The notes beneath the pieces are model-generated. The model was not told where the DNA came from, searched no databases, and saw only the letters and a program-made list of their open reading frames with translations. Positions 39,201 to 53,102 of a stretch of 64,000 nt of DNA are shown here, in pieces. The translations under genes were made by a program, and so were the position numbers. How positions within the stretch are numbered: position 1 is the first letter of the stretch; each line of letters opens with the position of its first letter. This stretch comes from Antedon mediterranea (Eukaryota; Animalia; Echinodermata): positions 13,762,352 to 13,826,351 of the forward strand of contig NC_092678.1 of NCBI RefSeq assembly GCF_964355755.1. Direction: 5' to 3'.

Positions 39201-42200
39201 TTGTAGATATGAAATCATGTGAACATTTTGCCAATCAGATGCTGTGACGTCATCATATTGCAAGTTAAATAAAAAAAGTCGTATTTTCATCTTTTGCATC
39301 ATAGTTCATTATATTTAAAAGAGCGCGCATCAATATTAAACGTATTCAAATTTCTTCTACACGTTAATATGTTGTTGCTGAGATAATTTGCTTCCGAAAT
39401 TGCTATCTTAGTGTTTCATCTTGATACCGTCGCCATGTTACAAATTTGAATAAATGGCGGGTCCCGTGATTTCACCTATTCTACACTGTATGTAACATGT
39501 ATACAGATTATACTGTTTGCATGTATATACTATATGACACAAAATTGACAGAATTCAGCACTAACAACATATCATATTCTTCAGATCAAGTCATAATGCC
39601 ATAATTTTTTCTCTGTGCAATATTCTAACGTATGACGTGCACGTGGCGTTTGTCGTGCGGATAACTAACTCGTCAAAGTGACGAGTTACATGTCTAGTTC
39701 TGTATTATTCTTCTTTCTTTCCCATTTTTTTGTGAGTCACGTTTCTCTAAAATGTGTAAACGTAACATTTTATAACTTTGAGAACATGTGGGCATTTACG
39801 TGAAGTTGTGCATCTCCTATTTTGAATGACGTCAGAGTTGCGCAACGTGACTTGCGCGCGATTTTATGATTTTTAATGATTGATCATAGCTTAAAAACCA
39901 AGCGTAATTTTTTTTTTACCCTTCATGAAAATTTAAGTCATATCAAGGACAAACTTTTAGTTAACTAAAAATGGCGTGTTTTACAAGAAGTTACGCGCGC
40001 ACGCGCATTTAAAATTTCAAAATACGCAAAATTAATTTCTAATCAACTTTCTACGCTGATCTTGACATTTTGAGCATGTCAAAAATTCCCACGCGCCCGC
40101 AAATTTTTACGTGCGCGGTGCGCATGTAGCGTTAAAAACATATTTTCTTCGCTTGATTTATGTTTTTCTAGCCTTTTTTAGTGGTTTTACCAACTTTTAA
40201 ACCATTTTGACTTAAAATCATGTCATACGAGCACGTCGAACTGAACAATTTGCGCTCGTTTTTGATGAAAAAGTTCAAAAATTCGTCAAAATTATGCCTT
40301 TTTTTAAACAGTCGTAATTTCTAAACTGCACGGTCAACTTTTTGTGGATGACATTTTCTGGAAGTTGATGAGTTTTAGATATCGAATAATGTATTAATAT
40401 GGCTAACCGGATATTGTGACGTCATTGTATGGCCACGCGAATATAAAATTTAAGATTTTTTTGTCTTTCGTAATAGGTCATAACATTTAATAGAGCGCAT
40501 CTCCACTTATCCCTTTTCCATTTTCACCCCGATTTTGATATTGTCTAGGTCAATCAACTATCTTTCGCATGAGTTAAAAATATTTTAATTTTTTTGACGT
40601 CATCATGCCTAAAATTTTAAATTACGTGTGGCATTAATTTCATCTTTACAGTAAATTTTAATCTGTTATAGCTCGTAAGAATAAAATGTGATAATCACGA
40701 TTAAAACGTTTTCTGGAAGCTACTGGATTGTAGATACGAATTCATGTAAAAATTTTGCCAATCGGATGTTGTGACGTCATCATAAGGCCAGTTAAATGAA
40801 CAAAGTCGTATTTTCATCTTTTGCCTCATAATTCATTGCATTTAAAAGAGCGCGCATCAATATTTCACGTATTCAAATTTCTTCTACACGTTAATACGTT
40901 GTTGCTGAGATAATTTCCTTCCGAAATTGCTACCCTAGCGTTTCATTTTGAAACCGCCAACATGTTAAAAATTGGAATAAATAGCGGGTCCCGTAATTTC
41001 ACCTATTCTACACTGTATGTGATGTATACAGATTATACTGTTTATACTGTATATACTATATGACACAAAATTGACAGAATTCAACACTAACAACATATCG
41101 TATTCTTCAGATCAGGTCATAATGCCCTAATCTTATTTTGTGTGCAAAGTTCTAACGTATGACGTGCATGTGGCGTTTGTTGTGCGGATAACTAACTCGT
41201 CAAAGTGACGAGTTTCATGTCTAGTTCTGTATTCTTCTTTCTTTTTGTCATTTTTGTGCAGAGCATATCTCAAAAACGTGTAATGTTAACATTTCATAAC
41301 TTTGTCAACATATGGGCATTCACGTGAAGTTGTGCTTTTTTATTTTTGAATGACGTCAGAATTGCGCAACATGACTTACGCGCGTTTTAACGAATTTCGC
41401 GTATTTAACATAAATCAAAAACCATATAACAATTAAAATTGAAACTTAGCAAAAGTTTAATTTATATTCAGCGCTAACTGACTGTGGAAAAAAAATGGCA
41501 TGTTTCACACGAAGTTACGCGCGCACGCGCGTTTAAAATTATAAAATGCGAAAAATCAATTTCTAATCAACTTTCTACGCGTTTCATGTGATTTTGAGCA
41601 TGTAAAAAATTCCCACTCGCGCGCATATTTTTACGCGCGTGGTGCGCACGTAGCGTTGAAAACAATTTTTTTCGCGTGATTTAGGTTTTTCCAGCCTTTT
41701 CTAGTAATTTTACCAGCTTTTAAACGATTTCGACTTAAAATCACGTCATACGAGCCCGTAGAATTGGATAATTTATGTGCGTTTTTTATGAAAAAGTTCA
41801 AAAATTCATCAAAATTTGTCAAAATTATACCTTTTTTTAAACAGTTGTAGTTTCTAAACTAAACGGTAAAAGTTGTTTTTATTACGTATTCTGGAAGATG
41901 ATGAGTTGTAGATATCGTATCATGCATCAATATGGCTAACCGGACATTATGACGTCATCGTATGGCCACTCGAATATAAAATATAGGGATTTTTTCTCTT
42001 TTGTCATAGCGCATCACATTTAATAGAGCGCATCTCCACTTATCCGTTTTCCATTTTCACCCCGATTTTGATATTGTCTAGGTCAATCAACTATCCTTTG
42101 CATGAGTTAAAAATATTTTAATTTTTATGACGTCATCATGCCTACAAATTTAAATTACGTGTGCCTTTAATTTCATCTTTACAGTAAATTTTAATCTGTT

Positions 42201-45200
42201 ATAGCTCGTACGAATAAAATGTGATAATCACGATTAAAACGTTTTCTGGAAGCTATTGGATTGTAGATACAAAATCATGTAAAAATTTTGCCATTCGGAT
42301 GTTGTGACGTCATCATATGGCCAGTTAAATAAGAAAAGTCGTATTTTCATCTTTTGCGTCATAATTCATTACATTTAAAAGAGCGTGCACCAATATTTTA
42401 CGTATTTAAATTTCTTCTACACATTAATATGTTGTTGCCGAGATAATTTCCTTCCGAAATTGCAACCTTAGTGTTTCATTTTGATACCGTCTCCATGTTA
42501 AAAATTGAAATAAATGGCGGGTCCCGTAATTTCACCTATTCTACACTGTATATAATATATACAGATTATACTGTGTGTACTATATACTATATGACACAAA
42601 ATTGACAGAATTCAGCACTAACAACATATCATATTCATCAGTTCAGGTCATAATGCCATAATCTTTTTCTGTGTGGAATATTCCAACGTATGACGTGCAC
42701 GTGGCGTTTGTCGTGCGGATAACTAACTCGTCAAAGTGACGAGTTACATGTCTAGTTAGTTATCCGCTTAGTAGCGGATAACTCCTTGTGATTGTAGTGG
42801 ATCAATATTTTTAGTTATCCGCTTAGTAGCGGATAACTCCTTGTGATTGTATTGGATCAATATTTTTCTTTTTGGTTATCCGCAACTAGTAAGTGGCGGA
42901 TAACCCTTGTGATTGTAAATATCTTTTTTTTTTTCATCTTTATTAGTTATCCGCTTAGTAGCGGATAACTCCTTGTAATCGTCCTGTTTCATCAAATTTT
43001 TTTTTTTCTGTATTATACTTCTTTCTTTCTGTCATTTTTGTGCGTCGCGTTTCTCTAAAACGTGTAAACAGAACATATCGTAACTTTGTCAACATATCGG
43101 CATTTACGTGAACTTGTGCACCTCCTATTTTTGAATGATGTCAGAGTTGCGCAACGTGACTTACGTGCGATTTTATGAATTTCAATGATTGATCATAGAC
43201 TAAAAACCAAACATAATTTTGTTTTGAAACTTTGTGAAAATTTAAGTCATATCAAGCGCAAACTTTCTATGGATTAAAAATAGCATGTTTCACAAAAAGT
43301 TACGCGCACACGCGCGTTTAAAATTTTAACGTGCGAAAAATCAACGTCTAATCAACTTTCTATGCGTTTCATGTCATTTTGAGCATGTCAAAAATTCCCA
43401 CGCGCGTGAAACTTTTTACGCACGCGGTGCACACGTAGCGTTAAAAACATATTTTTTTCGCGTAATTTATGTTTTTTCAGCCTTTTATAGTAATGTTACC
43501 AACTTTTAAACAATTTCGACTTAAAATTACGTCATACGAGCACGTCGAATTAAATAATTTGCACGCATTTCTGGTGAAAAAGTTCAAAAATTCGTCAAAA
43601 TTATGCCTATTTTTAAACAGTCATAGATTCTAAACTACATGGAGAACTTTTTTTTAATTACATATTCTGGAAGTTGATGAGTGGTAGATATCGAATCATG
43701 CATTAATATGGCGAACCGGACATTGTGACGTCATCGTATGGCCACGCGAATATAAAATATAGGATTTTTGTCTCTTTCGTCATAGCTCATCACATTTAAT
43801 AGAGCGCATCTCCACTTATTCGTTGTTCATTTTCACCCCGATTTTAATATATTCTAGGTCTATCAACTATGTTTTGCATGAATTAAACATTTTTTAATTT
43901 TTTTAACGTCATCATGCCTAAAAATTTAAATTACGTTGGTCATTAATTTCATCTTTACAGTAAATTTTAATCTGGTATAGCTCGTAAGAATAAAATGTGA
44001 TAATCACGATTCAAACGTTTTCAGGAAGCTATTGTATTGTAGATACAAAATCATAAGAAAATTGTGCCAATCGAATGTTGTGACGTCATCATATGGCCAG
44101 TTAAATACAAAAAGTCATATTTTCATCTTTTGCGTTATATTTCATTACATTTAAAAGAGCGCGCATCAATATTTCACGTATTCAAATTTCTTCTACACGT
44201 TAATATGTTGTTGCTGAGATAATTTTATTCTGAAATTTCTACTTTTGCATTTCATTTTGAAACCGTCAAGATGTTAAAAATTACAATAAAATACGGGTCC
44301 CGTAATTTCACCTATTTTACACTGTTTGTGATATGTATACAGATTGTACTGTGTATACTATGTATATGACAACAAAATAACATTATTCAGAAATAACAAC
44401 ATATCATATTCTTCAGTTCAGGTCATAATGCCTTAATATTTTTCTGTGTGCAATATTCTAACGTATGACGTGCACGTGGCGTTTGTCGAGCGGATAACTA
44501 ACTCGTCAAAGTGACGAGTTACATGTCTAGTTCTTCTTTCTTTCCCGGATTTTTGTGCGCAGCATATCCCCTATTGCTTGTGACTATATCATATATATAA
44601 CTTTTTCATCATATGGACATTTATCTGAAGTTGTGCACCTCCATATTTTGAATGACGTCAGAGTTGCGCAACGTGACTTACGCGCGATTTTATGAATTTC
44701 AATGATTGGTCATAGATTATAAACCAAAAGTTATTTTGTTTTGACACTTGGTGAAATATTAAGTCATATCATGGGCAAACTTTCTATGGATTAAAAATGG
44801 CATGTTTTACAAGAAGTTACGCGCGCACGCGCATTTAAAATTTCAAAATGCGCAAAATTAATTTCTAATCAACTTTCTACGCTGATCATGACATTTTAAG
44901 CATGTCAAAAATTCCCACGCGTGCGAAAAAAATTACGCGTAATGTGCGCACGGAGCATGAAAATCATGTGTTTTTCTCTTGAATTATGATTTTACAGCCT
45001 TTCCTAGTCATTTTAAAAAAGATTGACATCATTTCAAATTAAAATGACGTCATACGAACACGTTGATTTAGACAATTTGCGTGCGTTTTAGTTGCAAAAG
45101 TGACAAAATATTGTCAAAATTATGCCTACTTTGAATCTATTATAGCTCCTCAGGATCAACCGTTACCCCCAATTTTTTTAATTTAATATGTAAGCAGATA

Positions 45201-48200
45201 TGTTGTAGATATGAATTCATGCAGAATCTTTACCCCTCGGATGTTATGACGTCATCGTATGGCCACACGAATGTAAAATATTGGATTTTTGACTGTTTCG
45301 CTATTGCTCATTACATTAAATAGAGCGCATATCGCTTATACGTATTCCATTTCCTCATATATTTTAATACTGTCTAGGTCAATCAACTATCTTTCGCATG
45401 AGTTAAAAATATCTTAATTTTTATGACGTCATCATGTCTAAAAATGTAAATAACGCGGTTCACCTATTTTCATCATTACAGTAAGTTTCAATCTGTTATA
45501 GCTCGTCAGAATAAAAAGTGATAATCATGATTAAAACGTTTTCTGAAAGCTATTGGATTGTAGATACAAATTCATGTGAATATTTTGCCAATCAGATGTT
45601 GTGACGTCATTATATGGGCAGTTGAATTCAAAAGGTCATATTTTCATCTCTTACGTAAAAGTTCCTTGCGTTTAAACGAGAGCGCATCTCTCTTTTACGT
45701 GCCCAAAATTCCTCAAATTTGTATTAATGTAATTATTTAGATAATTATCTTAATATAAAATATCTTTATATGTCAATTTGATGACGTCATCGTGTTAATA
45801 ATTGGATTTAAAAGATGGGTCTCGTAATTTCGTCTATGCTACACTGTATATAACATACAATGTATTCTGTAAATACTGTAATATGCTGTATGCTACAAAA
45901 TAGGTTTAATTCAACACTGTAAACATACTTAATTCATGTCATAGGATGGCATAACAATTGTCGAAGTTCATATAGTTTAAAGTATGTGCATGTTGCGTTT
46001 GCGCGGATAACCCGAACTCGTCAAAGTGACGAGTTCAAATCTAGTTGGTTATCCGCAACTAGTAAGTTGCGGATAACCCTTGTGATTGTAAATATCTTTT
46101 TTTTTTTCATCTTTATTCTTCTTTCTTTCCCGGATTTTTGTGCGCAGCATATCCCCTATTGCTTGTGACTATATCATATATATAAGTTTTTCATCATATG
46201 GACATTTATCTGAAGTTGTGCACCTCCATATTTTGAATGACGTCAGAGTTGCGCAACGTGACTTAAGCGCGATTTTATGAATTTCAATGATTGGTCATAG
46301 ATTATAAACCAAAAGTTATTTTGTTTTGACACTTGGTGAAATATTAAGTCATATCATGGGCAAACTTTCTATGGATTAAAAATGGCATGTTTTACAAGAA
46401 GTTACGCGCGCACGCGCATTTAAAATTTCAAAATGCGCAAAATTAATTTCTAATCAACTTTCTACGCTGATCATGACATTTTAAGCATGTCAAAAATTCC
46501 CACGCGTGCGAAAAAAATTACGCGTAATGTGTGCACGGAGCATGAAAATCATGTGTTTTTCTCTTGAATTATGATTTTACAGCCTTTCCTAGTCATTTTA
46601 AAAAAGATTGACATCATTTCAAATTAAAATGACGTCATACGAACACGTTGATTTAGACAATTTGCGTGCGTTTTAGTTGCAAAAGTGACAAAATATTGTC
46701 AAAATTATGCCTACTTTGAATCTATTATAGCTCCTCAGGATCAACCGTTACCCCCAATTTTTTTAATTTAATATGTAAGCAGATATGTTGTAGATATGAA
46801 TTCATGCAGAATCTTTACCCCTCGGATGTTATGACGTCATCGTATGGCCACACGAATGTAAAATATTGGATTTTTGACTGTTTCGCTATTGCTCATTACA
46901 TTAAATAGAGCGCATATCGCTTATACGTATTCCATTTCCTCATATATTTTAATACTGTCTAGGTCAATCAACTATCTTTCGCATGAGTTAAAAATATCTT
47001 AATTTTTATGACGTCATCATGTCTAAAAATGTAAATAACGCGGTTCACCTATTTTCATCTTTACAGTAAGTTTCAATCTGTTATAGCTCGTCAGAATAAA
47101 AAGTGATAATCATGATTAAAACGTTTTCTGAAAGCTATTGGATTGTAGATCGAAATTCATGTGAATATTTTGCCAATCAGATGTTGTGACGTCATTATAT
47201 GGGCAGTTGAATTCAAAAGGTCATATTTTCATCTCTTACGTAAAAGTTCCTTGCGTTTAAACGAGAGCGCATCTCTCTTTTACGTGCCCAAAATTCCTCA
47301 AATTTGTATTAATGTAATTATTTAGATAATTATCTTAATATAAAATATCTTTATATGTCAATTTGATGACGTCATCGTGTTAATAATTGGATTTAAAAGA
47401 TGGGTCTCGTAATTTCGTCTATGCTACACTGTATATAACATACAATGTATTCTGTAAATACTGTAATATGCTGTATGCTACAAAATAGGTTTAATTCAAC
47501 ACTGTAAACATACTTAATTCATGTCATAGGATGGCATAACAATTGTCGAAGTTCATATAGTTTAAAGTATGTGCATGTTGCGTTTGCGCGGATAACCCGA
47601 ACTCGTCAAAGTGACGAGTTCAAATCTAGTTGGTTATCCGCAACTAGTAAGTTGCGGATAACCCTTGTTATTGTAAATATCTTTTTTTTTTTTCATTGGT
47701 TATCCGCAACGAAGTTGCAGGATAACCTCTTGTGATTGTACGAAATCATCAACATCAACTTTTTATTTGTCTTCTTTCTTTCTGTATGATTTTTGTGGAT
47801 CGCTTTTCTCTAAAACTTGCAAACATAACATTTTGTAACTTTCTCAACATATCGCCATGCACATGAAGATGTGCAGCGAAGCTTTTCATGATGTTTACAA
47901 TTGCGCAACGTGACTTACGCGCGATTTAACGATTTTGTCGTATTTAACATAGCTCGACAACCAAATAACATTTCAACTTGAAACTTTGCAAAAGTTTAAT
48001 TTATATCATGCGCTAACTTTCTGTTGAAAAAAAATTGCGTGTTTTACACAAAGTTACGCGCGCACGCGCATTTAAAATTTCAAAATGCGCAAAATTAATT
48101 TATAATCAACTTTCTACGCGATTCATGTCGTTTTAAGCATGTCAAAAATTCCCACGCGTGCGCACATTTTTACGTGTGCGGTGCGCACGTAGCATTGAAA

Positions 48201-51200
48201 ACGTATTTTTTTCGCGTGATTTATATTTTTCCAGCCTTTTCTAGTAATTTTACCAAATTTTAAACAATTTCGACTTAAAGATACGTCATACGAGCACGTC
48301 GAATTGGACAATTTGCGCGCGTTTTTTATGAAAAGGTTAAAAAATTTGTTTAAAATATGCCTTTTTTTAAACAGTCGTAATTTCTAAACTAGACGGTCAA
48401 CTTTTTGTGGATGGCATATTCTGGAAGTAGATGAGTTGTAGATATCGGATCAGGTATTAATATGGCTAACCGGACATTGTGACGTCATCGTATGGCCACG
48501 CGAATATAAAATTTAGGATTTTTGTACCTTTCGTCATAGCTCATCACATTGAATAGAGCGCATCTCCACTTATCCGTTTTCCATTTTCACCCCGATTTTG
48601 ATATTGTCTAGGTCAATCAAGTATCTTTCGCAGGAGTTAAAAATATTTTAATTTTTTTGACGTCATCATGCCTAAAAATTTAAATCACGTGTGGCATTAA
48701 TTTCATCTTTACAGTAAATTTTAATCTGTTATAGCTCATAAGAATAAAATGTGATAATCACGATTAAAACTTTTTCTGGAAGCTATTGGATTGTAGATAC
48801 GAAATTATGTAAAAATGTTGCCAATCGGATGTTATGACGTCATCATATGGCCAGTTATATAAAAAAGGTCGTATTTTCATCTTTTGCGTCATAATTCATT
48901 ACATTTAAAAGAGCGCGCATCAATATTTCACGTATTCAAATTTCTTCTACACGCTAATACGTTGTTGCTGAGATAATTTCCTTTCGGAATTGCTACCTTC
49001 GCGTTTCATTTTAAAACCGTCAACATGTTAAAAATTGCAATAAATAGCGGGTCCCGTAATTTCACCTATTCTACACTGTATGTGATATGGATACAGATTA
49101 TACTGTGTATACTATATATGAATTTAAATAATAAAATTCAGCAATAACAACATATCATATTCTTCAGTTCAGGTCATAATGCCAACGTGAACACTTCCTT
49201 TTGTCCTCAACCTATCCCCTTAATGTTAATGTTGCACCACTTGCGCGGCGGATAACCAAACTCGTCAAAGTGACGAGTTACATGTCTAGTCTTTATTCTT
49301 CTTTCTTTCCCGGAATTTTGTTGCAGCTATATCTCAAATATTTGTAGACATAACTTTTTATAACTTTGTCATAAGATTAACCTGTAGCTGTAGATGTGCA
49401 GGAAACTTTGTTATATGACGTTAGAGTCGCGTAGCGTAAGTTACGCGCGATTTTATGAATTTCAATGATTGGTCATAGATTATAAACCAAAAGTCATTTT
49501 GTATTGACACTTGGTGAAAATTTAAGTCATATCAAGGGCAAACTTTCTATGGATTAAAAATGGCATGTTTCACAAGAAGTTACGCGCGCACGCGCATTTA
49601 AAGTTTCAAAATGCGCAAAATTAATTTCTAATCAACTTTCTACGCTGATCATGACATTTTGAGCATGTCAAAAATTCCCGCGCGCAAAAAAAAATTTACA
49701 CGTATGGTGCGCACGGAGCATGAAAATCATGTTTTTTTCTCTTGAATTATGATTTTCCAACCTTTCCTAGTCATTTAAAAAAAGATTGACATAATTTGAA
49801 ATTAAAATGACGTCATACGAACACGTTGATTTATACCATTTGCGCGCGTTTTAATTGAAAAAGTTATAAATATTGTCAAAATAATGGCAATTTTGAATCT
49901 ATTATAGCTCATCAGGACCATCCACGACCCCCAATTTTTTTAATTTTATATGTAAGTAGATATGTTGTAGATATGAATTCATGCAGAATCTTTACCCTTC
50001 GGAAGTTATGACGTCATCGTATGGCCACACGAATGTAAAATATAAGATTTTTTACTCTTTCGTTATTGCTTATCACATTAAATAGAGCGCATCTCACTTA
50101 TACGTATTCCATTTCCTCAGATATTTTAATATTGTCTAGGTCAATTAACTATCTTTCTCATGAGTTAAACATATTTTAATTATTATGACGTCATCATGTC
50201 TAAAAATGTAAATAACGTGGGTCACTTATTTTCATCTTTACAGTAAATTTTAATCTGTTACAGCTCGTCAGAATAAAAAGTGATAATCATGATTAAAACG
50301 TTTTCTGGAAGCTATTGGATTGTAGATACGAATTCATGTGAATATTTTGCCAATCAGATGTTGTGACGTCATCATATAGCCAGTTGAATAATAAAAGTTG
50401 TATTTTCATATTTTGCGTCATAGTTCATGACATTTAAAAGAGCGCGCATCCATATTCTACGTATCCAAATTTCTTCAACACCTTAATATGTTGTTGCTCA
50501 GATAATTCCCTTCCAAAATTGCTATCTACGTGTTTCATTTTGATGACGTCATCATGTTAAAAATTAGATTGAAAGATGGGTCTCGTAATTTCATCTATGC
50601 TACACTGTATATATATAACATATACAGTGTATTCTGTTATAATACCGCAATGATGACGTCATCATGTTAAAAATTAGATTGAAAGATGGGTCTCGTAATT
50701 TCATCTATGCTACACTGTATATATATAACATATACAGTGTATTCTGTTATAATACCGCAATGATATAGGTACAATTCAGCACTGTAAACATTTTTAATTC
50801 ATGCGCGATTTATGAAATTTGAACAAACATTTATTTTTCAATGAAACTTGGCAAAAGTGTATTTCATAATATGGAGCAACTTTTGACATGATAAAAATGG
50901 CGTGCTACGCAAAAAAATTAGGCGAATACGCCTATTTGAAATTTCAAAATGCGCAAAATTAATTTCTAATCAATTTTGCGTACATTTCAGGTCAGTTTGA
51001 GCGTTCCAAAATTTTCTAATTTTTTTTTGCGTTTTGCGCACGTACATGTGCGCACAGCTCGTTCAAAGCGTAGAAAAATGGTTTTTGCAATTGATTTTTG
51101 TTTTTCATACCTTTTGTAGTAGATTTAATTCATTTTGATGAACTTTAATCGCAAAATAACGACGCACGTGCACGTTAAACTTTAATAATCGTGTGCTAAG

Positions 51201-51700
51201 GAATAGGTAATACAAATTTGTGCAATAATATTCCTATGTTTAATCAGTTACAGCTCCTCAGGATGGTAGCTGACCCTATTATTTTTTAATATTATGGAAG
51301 CTGATGAGTTGTAAATATCAATTCATGTAAAAGTTGTACCTACCAGATGTTCTGACGTCACCATATGGCCACTCGAATTTCAAATATAGGATTTTTTTCT
51401 ATTTTGTACTAGTGAATCCCATTCAATAGAGCTCATCGCGCTATACTAATGCATACAATATTTTCTGCTAGATTTTGATATGTTTTTACTCAATCAATTC
51501 TCTTTCATATACGTTTATAACATTTTAATACGCCATCATATAACAAAATTAAAATTACGTGAGTTATTTAATTTTAATGCAGATATAGTATTATTGAAAG
51601 TTAGACACTGGCAATATTATAGTTTATATATTTGTACTGTTGATATACACTGTGATCAGTACTTTTAGCTTAGTTGGTCATCGTGAATTTATTAGACACA
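36280..51700 (+). mobile_element. Nested and tandem array of ~1.6-kb non-autonomous Helentron-type elements (13 heads, 10 bodies, 8 tails)
   Basis: Heads with 5' hairpin at 36282, 36340, 36400, 36461, 38051, 38112, 42758, 42813, 42874, 42945, 46047, 47632, 47698; tails (GCGGATAAC + AACTCGTCA-AAG-TGACGAGTT + CTAG) end at 38048, 39697, 41224, 42755, 44530, 46044, 47629, 49289. Matches the Helitron2/DINE-1 asymmetric-TIR architecture. Confidence 0.92.
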
Positions 51701-52399
51701 TATTTATTGATACATCAATACACGATTCTCATTTAAAATTATCTGAAATTAAATCTCTAATGAACTACATTACGATAGGCCTATTAATCTTATATCAATA
51801 ACTGAATGCTTTGCAGCGTGTGAAAGAGCGAATGACTGCATTGATAGGTGCCTTAAAATGGATACCATTTTCCTTGAAGAAATAAAAACATTCCATTGTA
51901 CACCTAAAAAGGAAAAAACTAAATAAAATAATATTCAAATTGCAGAACAATATTCATACTATAATAGAGATGAGATTAATATGCCCATGATTCGTAAATA
52001 AAGATAGAAATGTATTTTACTCACCTGGTATTGTTTCTCCAGTACGAGGTTAGAGTTCCCTGCCTCTCATTCACAGAGAGACATACTAACTTTAAGTATG
52101 TCTTTATACTCTTTTTCAAGTTATATTTTCAGTTCGTATTCAGGAAGTTCTTTTACTCAAGTTCTTGTAAAAATTCGACTTTCAAATTCTTTACAAAACA
52201 TGTTTTTTTTAGTTTCACTTTCGTGTGGATTAACTATATATTAATATATTTTTCAGTTTATCTTTACCAGGATTGCACATGATTGTAGTGACAAAACAGT
52301 ATATATTCCATTTTATCTTGTTGTTTTTTCGTTTATTAAACGTAATATAATATAATATTCTTAAAACAACATTAAGTTGAAAAATGTAAAATATTGCAA

Positions 52400-53101
52400 T
52401 TAAAATTTAATTTGAATGGCTTCATGATAGCTATAATATATTGGAATTACTTCAGCCTGTACCGAATCAAGACCTTTGCTATAGACATGATCAATCAATG
52501 TATTATTTTCAGTTGTAGAACTTGTGACATGTTGTTGATACCCATTCTCTAACATTAATGTATTCACTTTAGAAGGTTTTTTGAAAAGATTTTCATTGAA
52601 ATCACCCATTATAATACATTTAGTACATACTTTATGTATCTCTTCCAATAATTTGCTCAAATGCTGACAGAATTGTTTCATATCATAACTTGGAGGTCGA
52701 TAAATTACAGACACAACAACTGAAATTGGACTTGTTATTAAAAATGAAATTGCCTCTATATCAATAATACATATGTTTAATCTGCTTGAAAACGTGTTCT
52801 TTGAATACACAGCAACGCCACCATGAGCCAGATTTTTTAATTTTGAAGTCACATCATTCCTATTAGAATATGAGTCATATCTTGATTGATGATACAATTT
52901 ATACGGCTGTATATCTACATCAAAAAAATCGTCATCCTTATTCAACCATGTTTCAGTTAGACATATAATACTAGAATTCATAAACAAATCATTACACTGA
53001 AAATCAACAAAGTGTTGTTTAAGTCCTTGAATGTTATGTAACATTATTGAAAAATTAGAATCCAAATCATGACTTTGTTTATCATATGGTACGTATGAAT
53101 T
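52400..53101 (-). pseudogene. Detached C-terminal AP-like (EEP) endonuclease domain of the Helentron protein, 233 aa
   Basis: HNIQGL, CLTETW, GGVAVY, IYRPP, MGDFN, LIDHVY, YSYHEAI motifs; in frame with RepHel after removal of 53103-55576 and one TC. Confidence 0.93.
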
Positions 53102-53102
53102 C

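Noticed and set aside
52015-52200. Exon-like minus-strand segment with a GTGAGT donor downstream of the Helentron stop
   Set aside because: Stops in the frames examined and no recognisable product.
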